From positions 1-41,610 of the IMG/VR virus record IMGVR_UViG_3300036798_000457: a DNA stretch of 41,610 nucleotides. One strand, 5' to 3'. Under the pieces are notes generated by a model. That model was not told where the DNA came from and did not search any database. It worked only from the letters and a program-made list of their open reading frames with translations. Positions 8,950 to 17,482 of this stretch are shown in pieces. Both the position numbers and the translations under genes were made by a program. The number at the start of each line of letters is the position of its first letter. The first letter of the stretch is position 1. Source of the DNA: a virus (taxonomy: Duplodnaviria > Caudoviricetes).

Positions 8950-9099
8950 TTAGAAACAGTACTGGTTGCAGTACGTGTAACCACCGATCGTGTTGCAGGT
9001 CGTGGTGCACATGTATGCCTGCGCCTTAGTGGCAGCAAAACCGCAGATGCCAAGGCCGATCATCGTAAACAGAGCGACGGCAGTGATGTACTTAGCCAT
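8950..9099 (-). CDS. 49-aa signal-peptide-bearing Cys-rich peptide (not in ORF track)
   Basis: MAKYITAVALFTMIGLGICGFAATKAQA|YMCTTTCNTIGGYTYCNQYCF; GGAG 7 nt upstream; AQA signal peptidase I motif. Confidence 0.75.
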   Translation of the reverse strand: MAKYITAVALFTMIGLGICGFAATKAQAYMCTTTCNTIGGYTYCNQYCF

Positions 9100-9147
9100 T
9101 TGAGACTCCATGAGCTTGTAGCGAGTTGTCGTGAGTTGCCGCTTAGA

Positions 9148-9357
9148 TCAGTCGCATGCCGTGGCTCCTTTCCTTTCCCCAAGGACGCGGTTGAGCGCGC
9201 CCTGCAACGCCGTGTAGTCGATCTGTGTCAGCACTACCTCGACGACCACCCCGGTCGAGTGGGCGCGCGAGGCAATGGCGAGCGTCTTGTGCTTGATCAC
9301 CGTCTTGCCCTGCAGCAGCCCGTCGATATCGCTGGTATCAAGGGTGAGCCTAATCAT
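9148..9357 (-). CDS. Hypothetical protein (69 aa, MIRLTLDTSD...)
   Basis: Start overlaps the upstream stop; ordinary globular composition. Confidence 0.6.
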   Translation of the reverse strand: MIRLTLDTSDIDGLLQGKTVIKHKTLAIASRAHSTGVVVEVVLTQIDYTALQGALNRVLGERKGATACD

Positions 9358-9529
9358 CGGCGCCGGGCAGCCGGTCGATGGTGTTCCAGCAGCAGCGCAG
9401 CGTGTCGCCGGGCGGCCAGTCGGGGCCGGTCTTGACCAGGTTGTCCGCCTTGAGCCGCGCCTCCATGTCGCTCTCGGCCTGGATCTCGATCTCGAAATTG
9501 GCGACAAAGTAGATCCGGTACGTCGTCAT
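9350..9529 (-). CDS. Hypothetical protein (59 aa, MTTYRIYFVANFEIEIQAES...)
   Basis: Purine-rich leader GGGGAAAGGGGAAAGGGG directly upstream; IEIQAES.EA pattern common in small phage proteins. Confidence 0.65.
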   Translation of the reverse strand: MTTYRIYFVANFEIEIQAESDMEARLKADNLVKTGPDWPPGDTLRCCWNTIDRLPGADD

Positions 9530-9554
9530 GCCCCTTTCCCCTTTCCCCGTGTGA

Positions 9555-10565
9555 TCAGGCGTGCGCCACGGCTTCGCGCCGCAGCTTCGACTTGCAGTTC
9601 TCGGCAACCCGGTGCAGTGAGTTGATGATCGCTATGCCCTTCTGCTCGCCCTCGACCGCGCCGATCAGATCCACCAGACGGCCCCAGTCGGCACTCTTCA
9701 GCATCTGGTCGACGTCGCCCGGCGATCCCGCTTCCCGCAAGGCGCGCTCCATCGCCTGGTAATCGGCCTTGGCCTGATCGCGGTTATGCGCCTCCTCCTC
9801 GGGCATGATCTCGGATCCCGCTACAGGCGCGCGCGGCGAGGCCGCAGGGGGCAAAGGGATCTCGGGGGCTACCGCTGGCCGTCTTGGCGCTGATCGCGCT
9901 GTACGGGCCTCCACGGGCTTCTGTGGGCGTGTCTCTGGAACAGCCGCCTCCAGCGGCGGTGCTTCGGCCTCAGCCTGCTGCATTTCGTCTGTGGTATAGA
10001 GACCGGAGAGTTCCTGAGGGAATGCACGCCGCAACGCCAGCGCCTCGGCGCATTTGGCAAGCTGACCCGGGGCCATCTTTTTCCAGAACCGGGTCGGGTT
10101 TCCGTCCCGATCGAGCTGCACATAGTCGCTGAAGCGAGCCAGTCCGAGACACGGCTCCTTGAAGTCATGGCGTAGCGCATAAACCCGCGCTGCCACCGGC
10201 GGCTCGTCGTGGACCCAGACATCGAGCCAGACACCATCGCGCCCGCACCACTCCGGGCCAAGCTGGCCGGCGTAATGCCCGCTGCGCTCCGCGATCAGCC
10301 GAAACCCATCGATGCTGACCTGAACAGAACGGGTGCTGACCCACTGGCCGTCCCGTCGCTCTCGCCGTTCCAGCGAATAAATCTGACGTGCAAACGGATC
10401 GAGACCGGTGCGTTTGCACTGGTACAAGAACATTTGCAGTTCGTCATCGCTAGCGCCTCGGCAGATCGTTCTCTTAACGAGGTCGATCTGCTCGTTGCTG
10501 AACGTCAGCATCGACCGCGGCATCGCCGGAATGATTTCACCGGTTTCTTTATCGTGACTGTCCAT
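9555..10565 (-). CDS. bet: RecT/Bet-family single-strand annealing recombinase
   Basis: [69 protein letters not shown]. Confidence 0.92.
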   Translation of the reverse strand: MDSHDKETGEIIPAMPRSMLTFSNEQIDLVKRTICRGASDDELQMFLYQCKRTGLDPFARQIYSLERRERRDGQWVSTRSVQVSIDGFRLIAERSGHYAGQLGPEWCGRDGVWLDVWVHDEPPVAARVYALRHDFKEPCLGLARFSDYVQLDRDGNPTRFWKKMAPGQLAKCAEALALRRAFPQELSGLYTTDEMQQAEAEAPPLEAAVPETRPQKPVEARTARSAPRRPAVAPEIPLPPAASPRAPVAGSEIMPEEEAHNRDQAKADYQAMERALREAGSPGDVDQMLKSADWGRLVDLIGAVEGEQKGIAIINSLHRVAENCKSKLRREAVAHA

Positions 10566-10765
10566 CAATATTTACCTTTCAACTGACGGGCAAAGAACTG
10601 ACCCGGGCTGGGGGCGGCCTGTAAGGCGGCGGCGACCTCTGGCGGCACACCGTCGAGCGTGTATTCGTCGCCGGCCTGCGTCGTGAGCGTGAGGGTCTGG
10701 GTCTCGTCGTCGTAGCTGGCCGACGACAGCCAGCTGCTCTTCAGCGGAAAGGTTGTTTCGGCCAT
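10565..10765 (-). CDS. KTSC domain protein
   Basis: [10 protein letters not shown]...L.L....G..Y....VPPEV...L..APSPGQFF...LKGKY. Confidence 0.9.
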   Translation of the reverse strand: MAETTFPLKSSWLSSASYDDETQTLTLTTQAGDEYTLDGVPPEVAAALQAAPSPGQFFARQLKGKY

Positions 10766-11631
10766 CACGCGTTCTCCTGCTTTATGGTCATGGTCAACGC
10801 ACCGGTGGTGGAGCGTTTTGCGGTAAACAAACCCCGTTTGGTCGGCCGGACGAGCTTGCCGACATCTTCCGGCAGCAGACTGCCGATGGTGGTGCGTGCC
10901 GCGCCGTAGGCCTTGTGCGCTGCCTCGGTCTCGGCAAACGCCTCGATCGCATTAGCGCAGTCGACCGCCCAGTTGTTGCGGGCGACAAAGGCCTGCCATT
11001 CGGGCGAGCCAAACGGCTGATCCATCTCAACCGTGCGCAACCGCGGCTGCGGCTTCGGGATCGGTTGCGGAGACATATCCGGAGGCTCCTCGCCGGCCTC
11101 GACCCACGTCCAGAAATCGGCTTCCTGTTCGATGAGGTCCTGAGCGAAAAAGGGATCGGGTTGACCTTCGATGACCTCGTGACGGGAATTTCCCGCCAGG
11201 ACCGACAGAACCCAGTAATCAGCCTCGCAGACGATGCAGTTGTGGGTCAGCTGCGGCGTATATCGCTCGACGAGTTCCTCATAGCGAAACTGTCCGACAT
11301 GCTTAAAGTCAATGTAGCTAAGCATGCCGGCACTGTTATTGGTCAGACCATCGAGGTTCGCGCGCATAAACGGGTGTTGTTCGGAAACCCACGTTTCGTT
11401 GCGGCGGATGACCGCTCGGCCCGAGGTCTTCTCATACCAAAAGCAGTTAAAGGCTTCGGTGAACGAACCTAGCTGGACCGGCAGATTGCCCGACAGGTCG
11501 ACGGGTTCGGTCAAACCCATCTTCTCGCGCCAGAGCGCAACCCAATCGCCCTCAATGATGCGCTTGGCATCGGTGCCGCCAAGGCCTTTGCGGCGCTCGG
11601 CAAGCTGCTCGGCGGTTAGTCCTAACAGCAT
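10765..11631 (-). CDS. YqaJ/lambda-type exonuclease
   Basis: RRKGLGGTDA, W.EK.G, G...E, HPFMRANLDG, IDFKH, Y.PQL.H; adjacent to RecT. Confidence 0.9.
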   Translation of the reverse strand: MLLGLTAEQLAERRKGLGGTDAKRIIEGDWVALWREKMGLTEPVDLSGNLPVQLGSFTEAFNCFWYEKTSGRAVIRRNETWVSEQHPFMRANLDGLTNNSAGMLSYIDFKHVGQFRYEELVERYTPQLTHNCIVCEADYWVLSVLAGNSRHEVIEGQPDPFFAQDLIEQEADFWTWVEAGEEPPDMSPQPIPKPQPRLRTVEMDQPFGSPEWQAFVARNNWAVDCANAIEAFAETEAAHKAYGAARTTIGSLLPEDVGKLVRPTKRGLFTAKRSTTGALTMTIKQENA

Positions 11632-11632
11632 T

Positions 11633-11845
11633 TCAGTCGTCTCCTCTGCCGCCGCCGGCCGGGCGCTCGCCCAGGATCACGGCAATCTTCTCCAGTGTCT
11701 CAACCGCCAATACCCGTTGGTCGGCACTCGCGCACTGCGCCAAGTGGCGAAGTGCCGACCGCGCCAGCGTCAGCGCCGCATATTCCCTGCTGCGCTGCAT
11801 GTTACGCGCCCACGGCTCGGGCAACGGAGCGGGTCGCGGCGTCAC
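11633..11845 (-). CDS. Hypothetical protein
   Basis: GTG start overlapping the upstream TGA; helical composition. Confidence 0.55.
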   Translation of the reverse strand: MTPRPAPLPEPWARNMQRSREYAALTLARSALRHLAQCASADQRVLAVETLEKIAVILGERPAGGGRGDD

Positions 11846-12030
11846 CGGTAGATCTCGCAATACGAATCGCGGTAGGCAGCGATCGCCTCCCACAGCTTGA
11901 GGCGGATCTCCGCCGCGCGCTCGATCCGCGCGATCCGCTCGTCAAACCCGTTCGCCGGCAACTCGGTGGACAGCACCGTCTGCAATGCCCCGAGCTGCTC
12001 GCTCAGCCGGAAATAAGCATCCAAATCCAT
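11842..12030 (-). CDS. Hypothetical protein, first gene of the recombination operon
   Basis: GGAAGGAG SD then MDLDAYFRLSEQL... Confidence 0.7.
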   Translation of the reverse strand: MDLDAYFRLSEQLGALQTVLSTELPANGFDERIARIERAAEIRLKLWEAIAAYRDSYCEIYR

Positions 12031-12048
12031 AACGATCTCCTTCCCCAA

Positions 12049-12097
12049 TGACAGGAACATATAGGCGCTTGCCTCGCCCTGTCAACGACATTATCAT
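12049..12097. promoter_or_regulatory. Overlapping divergent sigma70-like promoters with TGACAGG/CCTGTCA inverted repeat
   Basis: + strand TTGCCT(12069)-N17-TATCAT(12092); - strand TTGACA(12085-12080)-N16-TATATG or N18-TATGTT; located between divergent operons. Confidence 0.6.
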
Positions 12098-12105
12098 TAA
12101 GCGGG

Positions 12106-12525
12106 ATGGAAAACTTTCGGGGCGGCTGGCGCGAGATGCGCGAGGCACTGATCCGGGCGGGGTACGGGCCGAGCGACCTTCGTCAGTGCTTTGCCCGCGG
12201 GGTCGGGCCGCCCTCGCAGCGCATTTGTGGGCGGCGGGTCTACCAGTGGCAGGAGGTCGAGGCGTGGGCGCGGACCCGGAAGCGTCCGCACAAGATCGAC
12301 CTCGGCCCGTCCGCGCTCGGGCGCTGGCTCAAGCCGCGTGAGACAGCGTGGGGCTTTGCCTTCCGCCTCAACGTGCCGGTGCGTTATGTCCACCGCTTGA
12401 TCGGGCACAGAACCAGTCTGTGGTTCGAGCGGCTGCCGCCGCCCGATGTCATGGAGTTGATCAGTCTCGAAACCGGCATCCCGCTCGCTCGCCTCGAGGC
12501 GGACGCGATGGACTTGGCATGTTAG
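12106..12525 (+). CDS. Putative DNA-binding protein (AlpA/Xis-like N-terminus plus HTH-like C-terminus)
   Basis: GVGPP..RICGRRVYQWQEVEAW resembles the AlpA/excisionase wing; FAFRLNVPVRYVHRL...RLPPPDVMELI..ETG resembles Cro/XRE. Confidence 0.5.
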   Translation: MENFRGGWREMREALIRAGYGPSDLRQCFARGVGPPSQRICGRRVYQWQEVEAWARTRKRPHKIDLGPSALGRWLKPRETAWGFAFRLNVPVRYVHRLIGHRTSLWFERLPPPDVMELISLETGIPLARLEADAMDLAC

Positions 12526-12995
12526 TGGTCGGCGCAGACCCGGGGCTTGGCGGCGCGGTCGCGCTGCTTGATACCACGGATGACCGCCTCCTGATCTGGG
12601 ATATGCCAACTCACGCGCTGACCCGGAGCGGCAAGGCGAAACGCGAGATCGACGCCTACTCTCTGGCCGACATACTGCGTTTGCACCGCATCGACCATCT
12701 GTTTATCGAGCGGGTCGGGGCCATGCCCGGCCAAGGCGTCTCGTCGGTCTTTGCCTTTGGTCAGGCCTTTGGTGTCATCCGCGGTGTTGCCTCGGCGATC
12801 GGCATCCCGATGACGCTGGTGTCTCCCGCCAAGTGGAAGAAAGACCTCGGCGTCCCCGCAGCCAAGGACGGCGCGAGAGCGCGCTGTTCACAGATTTTTC
12901 CGGCACACGCGCACTTGTGGAGTCGATCTAAAGATCATAGTCGCGCCGAAGCGCTCCTTCTCGCCCATTACGGCATCAAGACGAATGGATGGTAG
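12519..12995 (+). CDS. ruvC: RuvC-like Holliday junction resolvase
   Basis: VVGADPGLGGAVA, FIERVGAMPGQGVSSVFAFG, V.PAKWKK, DHSRAEALLLA. Confidence 0.9.
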   Translation: MLVVGADPGLGGAVALLDTTDDRLLIWDMPTHALTRSGKAKREIDAYSLADILRLHRIDHLFIERVGAMPGQGVSSVFAFGQAFGVIRGVASAIGIPMTLVSPAKWKKDLGVPAAKDGARARCSQIFPAHAHLWSRSKDHSRAEALLLAHYGIKTNGW

Positions 12996-13031
12996 GCGGC
13001 AGCGCTGGGGGCATCTCCCATGAACATCCGG

Positions 13032-13244
13032 TCACGGTCCCTCCTTACCCAGCATGACCGCCATGCAGCGGTCAAACAGTTGCTGCGCCATGCGGTCGCG
13101 CTGATTAAGCTGATCGTCTAAAAACCACATCACAAACGCGATAAATCCGGCATTCAAGAGGATGAGGACGATAAAAACCGGCGGCAGCGCCGTGATCAAT
13201 GACTTGCCGAGGCCGACGAGGCCGCCATTGCCATTTATCGCCAT
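13032..13244 (-). CDS. Small single-pass membrane protein (holin-like candidate)
   Basis: 70 aa with long hydrophobic segment LITALPPVFIVLILLNAGFIAFVMWFL followed by a charged helix. Confidence 0.6.
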   Translation of the reverse strand: MAINGNGGLVGLGKSLITALPPVFIVLILLNAGFIAFVMWFLDDQLNQRDRMAQQLFDRCMAVMLGKEGP

Positions 13245-13300
13245 GGTCTGACATCATACACCGCGGCATGGGGATGCCGTGCGCAATCCAACATCACCCT

Positions 13301-13352
13301 TCCCCGCCGTTGCCTGGCTGTCCCTGGGTCCAAACGCGGCGGGGATTCTTTT
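13301..13352 (+). terminator. Putative intrinsic terminator
   Basis: TCCCCGCCG(13301-09) pairs with CGGCGGGGA(13337-45), followed by TTCTTTT; long loop. Confidence 0.5.
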
Positions 13353-13450
13353 ATCCCGCATCCCGTGTGAATCGCGGGCATAAGTCATCGCACCGTCTTC
13401 CGGTCGCAGCAGAACGGTCATAATCTTTCGCGGTATCCGTGGGGGAAGGG

Positions 13451-14365
13451 ATGCCGCCTGCTGCTCGTCCGCAACAATCGATCAGCCAGCAATCCGCCGC
13501 GTGGCGGGCCGCCGAGGAGGAGCGCCAAGCCGCTCAGGAGCTTGCCGACTGGGGCAGGCTCGACGACCTCGGCATCCTCGATCTCTCGCTGTTCGACCCC
13601 GAGGCGCTCCCCGAGCTCCTGTGGCTTGTTCCGCACCATTTCTCTGCCGGCTCGGTGGCGCTTGTGGCCGGTGACGGCGGGACGGGCAAGACCACCCTCC
13701 TGATGCAGCTGCTCAACGCCGCCGCGCTCGGCCTCAAATGGCTCGGGCATGCCTGCGAGCGCGCCCGCGGGCTGATGCTCGCCTGTGAGGACGGTGTCAT
13801 CCCGCTACTCTGGCGGCAGCGCGCCATCACCCGCGCTCTCGGCATCCCGTGGCTGGCGCCCTATCAGGCCGGTCTGCAGATCTGGCCGCGCGCCGGTCAG
13901 GACAATACCCTGTTTCAATTCAATCCGCTCTCGGGCGAGGTCGAACCGACCCATCTGTGGCAACGCCTTGAGCACCGCTGTCGGCGCGATCAGATCCGCT
14001 ATCTGGCGATCGACACCGTGGGGCAGACCTGCGCGGTCAATGGCAACGATGAGCACCAAGTGGTCAACACCGTCGCTTATTTCCGCCGCTTGGCGATGGC
14101 GCTCGACGGGGTGGTCATCCTGACCAAGCACCCCAGCCTCTCGGGCCGCGCGCTCGGCACCGGCGAGAGTGGCTCGACCGCGTGGTCAAACACTGTCCGC
14201 TCGCGCTTTTATCTCTCGCGCGACAAGGAGAAGCGCCTCACTTGGCGCGGGATGAAGTCAAACTACGACAGCCTCGACGAGGATTTGCCGCTCAGATGGC
14301 AGGACGGCGTCTTTGTCGTCGATGCCCCTGAACCAAATTACGGGCAGCGCTACTGGCAGGAATGA
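13451..14365 (+). CDS. AAA_25 / RepA-type SF4 helicase domain protein
   Basis: WLVP, Walker A GDGGTGKT, LACED, Walker B LAIDT, HPS...ESGSTAWSNTVRSR, KSNY. Confidence 0.85.
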   Translation: MPPAARPQQSISQQSAAWRAAEEERQAAQELADWGRLDDLGILDLSLFDPEALPELLWLVPHHFSAGSVALVAGDGGTGKTTLLMQLLNAAALGLKWLGHACERARGLMLACEDGVIPLLWRQRAITRALGIPWLAPYQAGLQIWPRAGQDNTLFQFNPLSGEVEPTHLWQRLEHRCRRDQIRYLAIDTVGQTCAVNGNDEHQVVNTVAYFRRLAMALDGVVILTKHPSLSGRALGTGESGSTAWSNTVRSRFYLSRDKEKRLTWRGMKSNYDSLDEDLPLRWQDGVFVVDAPEPNYGQRYWQE

Positions 14366-15430
14366 TCAGCGCGCCTCTTCTAAAACTTTAATCCTGGCGT
14401 GAAGTTCTTTAATGCAATTGATCAGTGGAAAGACCAGCTTGCCCAGATCGACGCTGAGCAGGTCGGGGACATCTTCGCTCTCACGGGTCAGCACAAGATC
14501 GGGCAGGACCGCTTGCACTTCCGCGGCGTCGAGTCCGAGATGCGTTTGCCCGTCGTCCGAGGTGCCGCCCTTGCCATTGTAGTTGAAGGTGATCGGGTTT
14601 AGCGCCAGCACCGCTTCCAGCCCCTGCGACCACGGCTGCATGTTCTCCTTGGTGCGCGGATCGCTGATCGCCGCCCACGTGCCGGTCTGGTTGCTACAGT
14701 TGCCTGCGGTATCGATGATGATCCGAGCCGGCGCGCCGGACGCGGTCTGATCGATAATCGAAAAACGCCCGTCCGGGAGGGTCCCTGCAGTCCAGGTCCG
14801 CACGGTATTGACCGTCCAGGCCGAATAACAAACGCCGCCGGCCGGCACCTGCGCACTGATGACGTTTGGCGTCGCCACGGCTGACAAGACCGCGAGGCTT
14901 CCCCCCGTGGTCACCGTCCCGGTGACCGTGAGATTGCCGGCGCCGTTGATCGTCAACACCTCGGTCGGGGTCGGGCTGGCGATCCGGAAGTCGCCCGCCG
15001 CGGCATAGGTGCTCCACAGCTGGTTGAGTGTGCGGTCGTTGTAGAGAATGGCGGCCGTCGCCCCGCCAACGACAATCTGACCATTGCCCGGAAACGACCC
15101 GCTATTGACGGCGAGACCCTGCACAATGCTGACATTGTTGGAAAAAATCGGATTGCCGGTCAGGGTCGGCTGCACGCTGAGCACAACTGAGCCGCTGCCG
15201 GTGCTCGTCGTTGTCCCGGTTCCGCCGTTGGCCACCGGCAACACCCCGGTCATCGAGGCCGACAGCGACAGTTTGGCCCCGTCCCCCGCCACGCTTCCCG
15301 TGTGGTCGTGGCCACTCGAATTGTCAAAGGCGTTCTGCAGCTGGTTTAATTCGGTGTTGACGTCTTCGGCATTGGCGCGCAGCCCCGGCTGAATGTTGGC
15401 CGCCGCCTGCCGAACATAACCCTGCGCCAT
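14366..15430 (-). CDS. Tail fibre with C-terminal intramolecular chaperone (peptidase S74-like)
   Basis: N-terminal VNTELNQLQNAF...GHDHTG, GVLPVANGGTG repeat, SDPRTKEN cleavage motif, LNPITFNY, LINCIKELHARIKVLE coil. Confidence 0.88.
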   Translation of the reverse strand: MAQGYVRQAAANIQPGLRANAEDVNTELNQLQNAFDNSSGHDHTGSVAGDGAKLSLSASMTGVLPVANGGTGTTTSTGSGSVVLSVQPTLTGNPIFSNNVSIVQGLAVNSGSFPGNGQIVVGGATAAILYNDRTLNQLWSTYAAAGDFRIASPTPTEVLTINGAGNLTVTGTVTTGGSLAVLSAVATPNVISAQVPAGGVCYSAWTVNTVRTWTAGTLPDGRFSIIDQTASGAPARIIIDTAGNCSNQTGTWAAISDPRTKENMQPWSQGLEAVLALNPITFNYNGKGGTSDDGQTHLGLDAAEVQAVLPDLVLTRESEDVPDLLSVDLGKLVFPLINCIKELHARIKVLEEAR

Positions 15431-15453
15431 GGCCGAGCCCCCGCCTTCTCACC

Positions 15454-15579
15454 TCATCCCCAATAGCACCGAACACCCCACCACACCAAGTAGAGCGCCG
15501 CCCACAGCAATGGCGTCGCCAATAACAGGCAGCACCACACGCACAGCCGGATATGCTCCAGGCCACGCGGCCGGGTCAC
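15454..15579 (-). CDS. 41-aa membrane peptide
   Basis: GTG start overlapping the upstream TGA; MTRPRGLEHIRLCVWCCLLLATPLLWAALYLVWWGVRCYWG. Confidence 0.45.
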   Translation of the reverse strand: MTRPRGLEHIRLCVWCCLLLATPLLWAALYLVWWGVRCYWG

Positions 15580-15662
15580 AATCCCCCCGCCACCAGGGTA
15601 AAGACCACTAAGGCCAGCAAGACTGCCGCCATCAACCCGTTCCACCACGGCATCCTCTCCAT
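15576..15662 (-). CDS. 28-aa membrane peptide (not in ORF track)
   Basis: GGGGAG SD; MERMPWWNGLMAAVLLALVVFTLVAGGL. Confidence 0.45.
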   Translation of the reverse strand: MERMPWWNGLMAAVLLALVVFTLVAGGL

Positions 15663-15687
15663 CGCTCCCCCCAAAGGACCACACACC

Positions 15688-16329
15688 TCATAAATCGACG
15701 ATCTCGTCATCGTCGAGCCGCAGATCGGCCGTCTTTATCCGCTCGGCCAGGATCTGCAGCGCATCTAAGTGCTGGCCGCGGTACATCTCGATCGCGATCC
15801 GCGCCCCCACCCTGATCGTCGTTGCCGCCGCCTCGCGCTGCTCGCGGATGAGGCGGATATGGTCGTCGTCAAACGGCACCGGCGCGCTCAGGATCTTTTT
15901 AAAGACGGCCATCGAATCGCCGGTGATGTCGCGAAACTGGTCGCCATGCGTCGCCATCGGCAGATCGGGGTTCTCCGCCTGCAGTGCCGCAATCCGCTTG
16001 TCGAGGTCTTCCATCCAGGCAATCTCCCGCAACGCCTGCAGCCGCAGCATCTCGGCCGGCGGCAGTCTACGACCGCCTTGATGGCGAACCACCGTCGCAA
16101 CCGTGATCCGGTTGGGAAAACCGGGGATCAACCCCAATTTGGCCGCCGCCCCCATCCGCTTTAGGTACACTGCCGCCGCCGCGTGGCGCCGCGCCCGCCG
16201 CTCGGGGCTCGCCGCCCAGTCGGCAATGTGCCGCGCCCGCCCCTCGGCATCAAGCCCAGCCCAGGTCCACCGCGCCGGCAGGCCGGGATCGCGCGTCGCT
16301 GGGTCCTTGTTGCGCTTATGCCCTGCCAT
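15688..16329 (-). CDS. Hypothetical protein, possibly terminase small subunit
   Basis: Basic N-terminus, helical C-terminal half, acidic tail; no TerS found next to TerL; function is a guess. Confidence 0.5.
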   Translation of the reverse strand: MAGHKRNKDPATRDPGLPARWTWAGLDAEGRARHIADWAASPERRARRHAAAAVYLKRMGAAAKLGLIPGFPNRITVATVVRHQGGRRLPPAEMLRLQALREIAWMEDLDKRIAALQAENPDLPMATHGDQFRDITGDSMAVFKKILSAPVPFDDDHIRLIREQREAAATTIRVGARIAIEMYRGQHLDALQILAERIKTADLRLDDDEIVDL

Positions 16330-16576
16330 CAATACGCGCCGCCACCGCCAGGCTGAGCCGCTGCAGCGTCACTCGGCGCGCGCTGATGGCCAGGGCCAGA
16401 TCCCGCCACACCGGCACCGGCACCGTGTTCTGCCCGTTGAGCCAGCGCTGCACCGTCCGCCGGTTGATCCCCATATCGAGGGCCATGTTGTCCGCGACCG
16501 GAGAACCAAACAGTTCCCCCGCCACTTCGCGGATCAGCTTCGCAGCGGCCAGCGTGGCGTCGTCACCTCCAGCCAT
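16316..16576 (-). CDS. HTH (XRE-like) transcriptional regulator
   Basis: MALDMGINRRTVQRWLNGQ..VP. Confidence 0.75.
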   Translation of the reverse strand: MAGGDDATLAAAKLIREVAGELFGSPVADNMALDMGINRRTVQRWLNGQNTVPVPVWRDLALAISARRVTLQRLSLAVAARIDGRA

Positions 16577-16743
16577 TGCCGATCGGCCGCCACCGCGTCC
16601 GCCGTCGTCCGCTCCTTCCACCGTCGCCATGTCCCGCCTCGGTCAATCAGAAACCGGCCATTGCCGCACAATGCCAGCCGGAAACCGGTGCGGCGATTGA
16701 CCCACCGCCGCACGGGGCCACCGTTCGATCGCAAATTTGCCAT
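16534..16743 (-). CDS. Hypothetical protein
   Basis: 69-aa ORF filling the gap in a leftward small-gene array. Confidence 0.5.
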   Translation of the reverse strand: MANLRSNGGPVRRWVNRRTGFRLALCGNGRFLIDRGGTWRRWKERTTADAVAADRQWLEVTTPRWPLRS

Positions 16744-16772
16744 TTAAGTCAATTTGCTCCGCCATAACAGCC

Positions 16773-17000
16773 TCACTCCACCACAAGATCGTTCGCCAGC
16801 GCGCGAGACATCGCCCCGATGACCTCCAGCATCGATGCGGGGCCAAAGCCAAAGCAGGCAAAAGAAGCGTCCCGATTGACCAGGAGCGCCTGGGCAAATT
16901 GCAATTCGGGCCATTCCCCCGCCTCGATGCGGTCGGCTAATCTGCGCAGGCCGCCAACGATGTCGCCGCTCTTGCCAGGGAAAGCAACAACCGCCTCCAT
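16773..17000 (-). CDS. Hypothetical protein
   Basis: GGAGG SD; DIVGGLRRLADRIEAGE pattern typical of small proteobacterial phage proteins. Confidence 0.7.
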   Translation of the reverse strand: MEAVVAFPGKSGDIVGGLRRLADRIEAGEWPELQFAQALLVNRDASFACFGFGPASMLEVIGAMSRALANDLVVE

Positions 17001-17134
17001 CACTGCCCCTCCGCTCGCTTGAGTGTTCCCCAGTTGGCCGGGCGCTGTGTGGCGGGTATGTCAAAAGCCTCGCGAAACACATCGCCAAGTCGCTTGAAGT
17101 CATGAATCGAAAGACGCTGTTCCTCTCCCGAGAA

Positions 17135-17482
17135 TTATGCACCTGAGGCGCTTTCGCTCGCAGCTCTCGCTGCTATGCTTTTCGACGGCTCTGTGGGCTT
17201 GTGAGTGGCGAGATGATTGGCGTAGCGGATTGCCCAATCAGCGGCATTGCTGTCGTGATTGTGTCTGTGCCAAATCGCTCGATTGCGCAGTTCCGCTTCT
17301 GCCGCCGCCCAGGTGGCGGCGTGCTGCGCGGCGCGGATGGCGGCGATGATCCCGGCAAGCCAAGCCTCATCCATCTCGTCGGGATCGTGGCTGAGGAGAT
17401 TTCGCGCCCGTTCTAGATCGGTCATCGCGTGCTGCTCGGCCTTGGCCTCGGCGTGTGCTCCTTGAGCCGATGAGTCGTTCAT
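17135..17482 (-). CDS. Hypothetical protein
   Basis: ATG overlaps the upstream TGA; Ala-rich helical. Confidence 0.55.
   Translation of the reverse strand: MNDSSAQGAHAEAKAEQHAMTDLERARNLLSHDPDEMDEAWLAGIIAAIRAAQHAATWAAAEAELRNRAIWHRHNHDSNAADWAIRYANHLATHKPTEPSKSIAARAASESASGA

Noticed and set aside
8581-9435. 284-aa + strand ORF
   Set aside because: Antisense shadow of several small minus-strand genes that have SDs and coupled starts
14366-15430. Diversity-generating retroelement or invertible tail-fibre cassette
   Set aside because: No reverse transcriptase, invertase, template repeat or flanking inverted repeats seen
17000-17134. In-frame open stretch after the TAA of 17135-17482, ending in TGATG coupling; possible readthrough or recoded stop
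   Set aside because: Single case; TAA, TAG and TGA terminate other genes normally, so no support for recoding; may be a recent nonsense mutation
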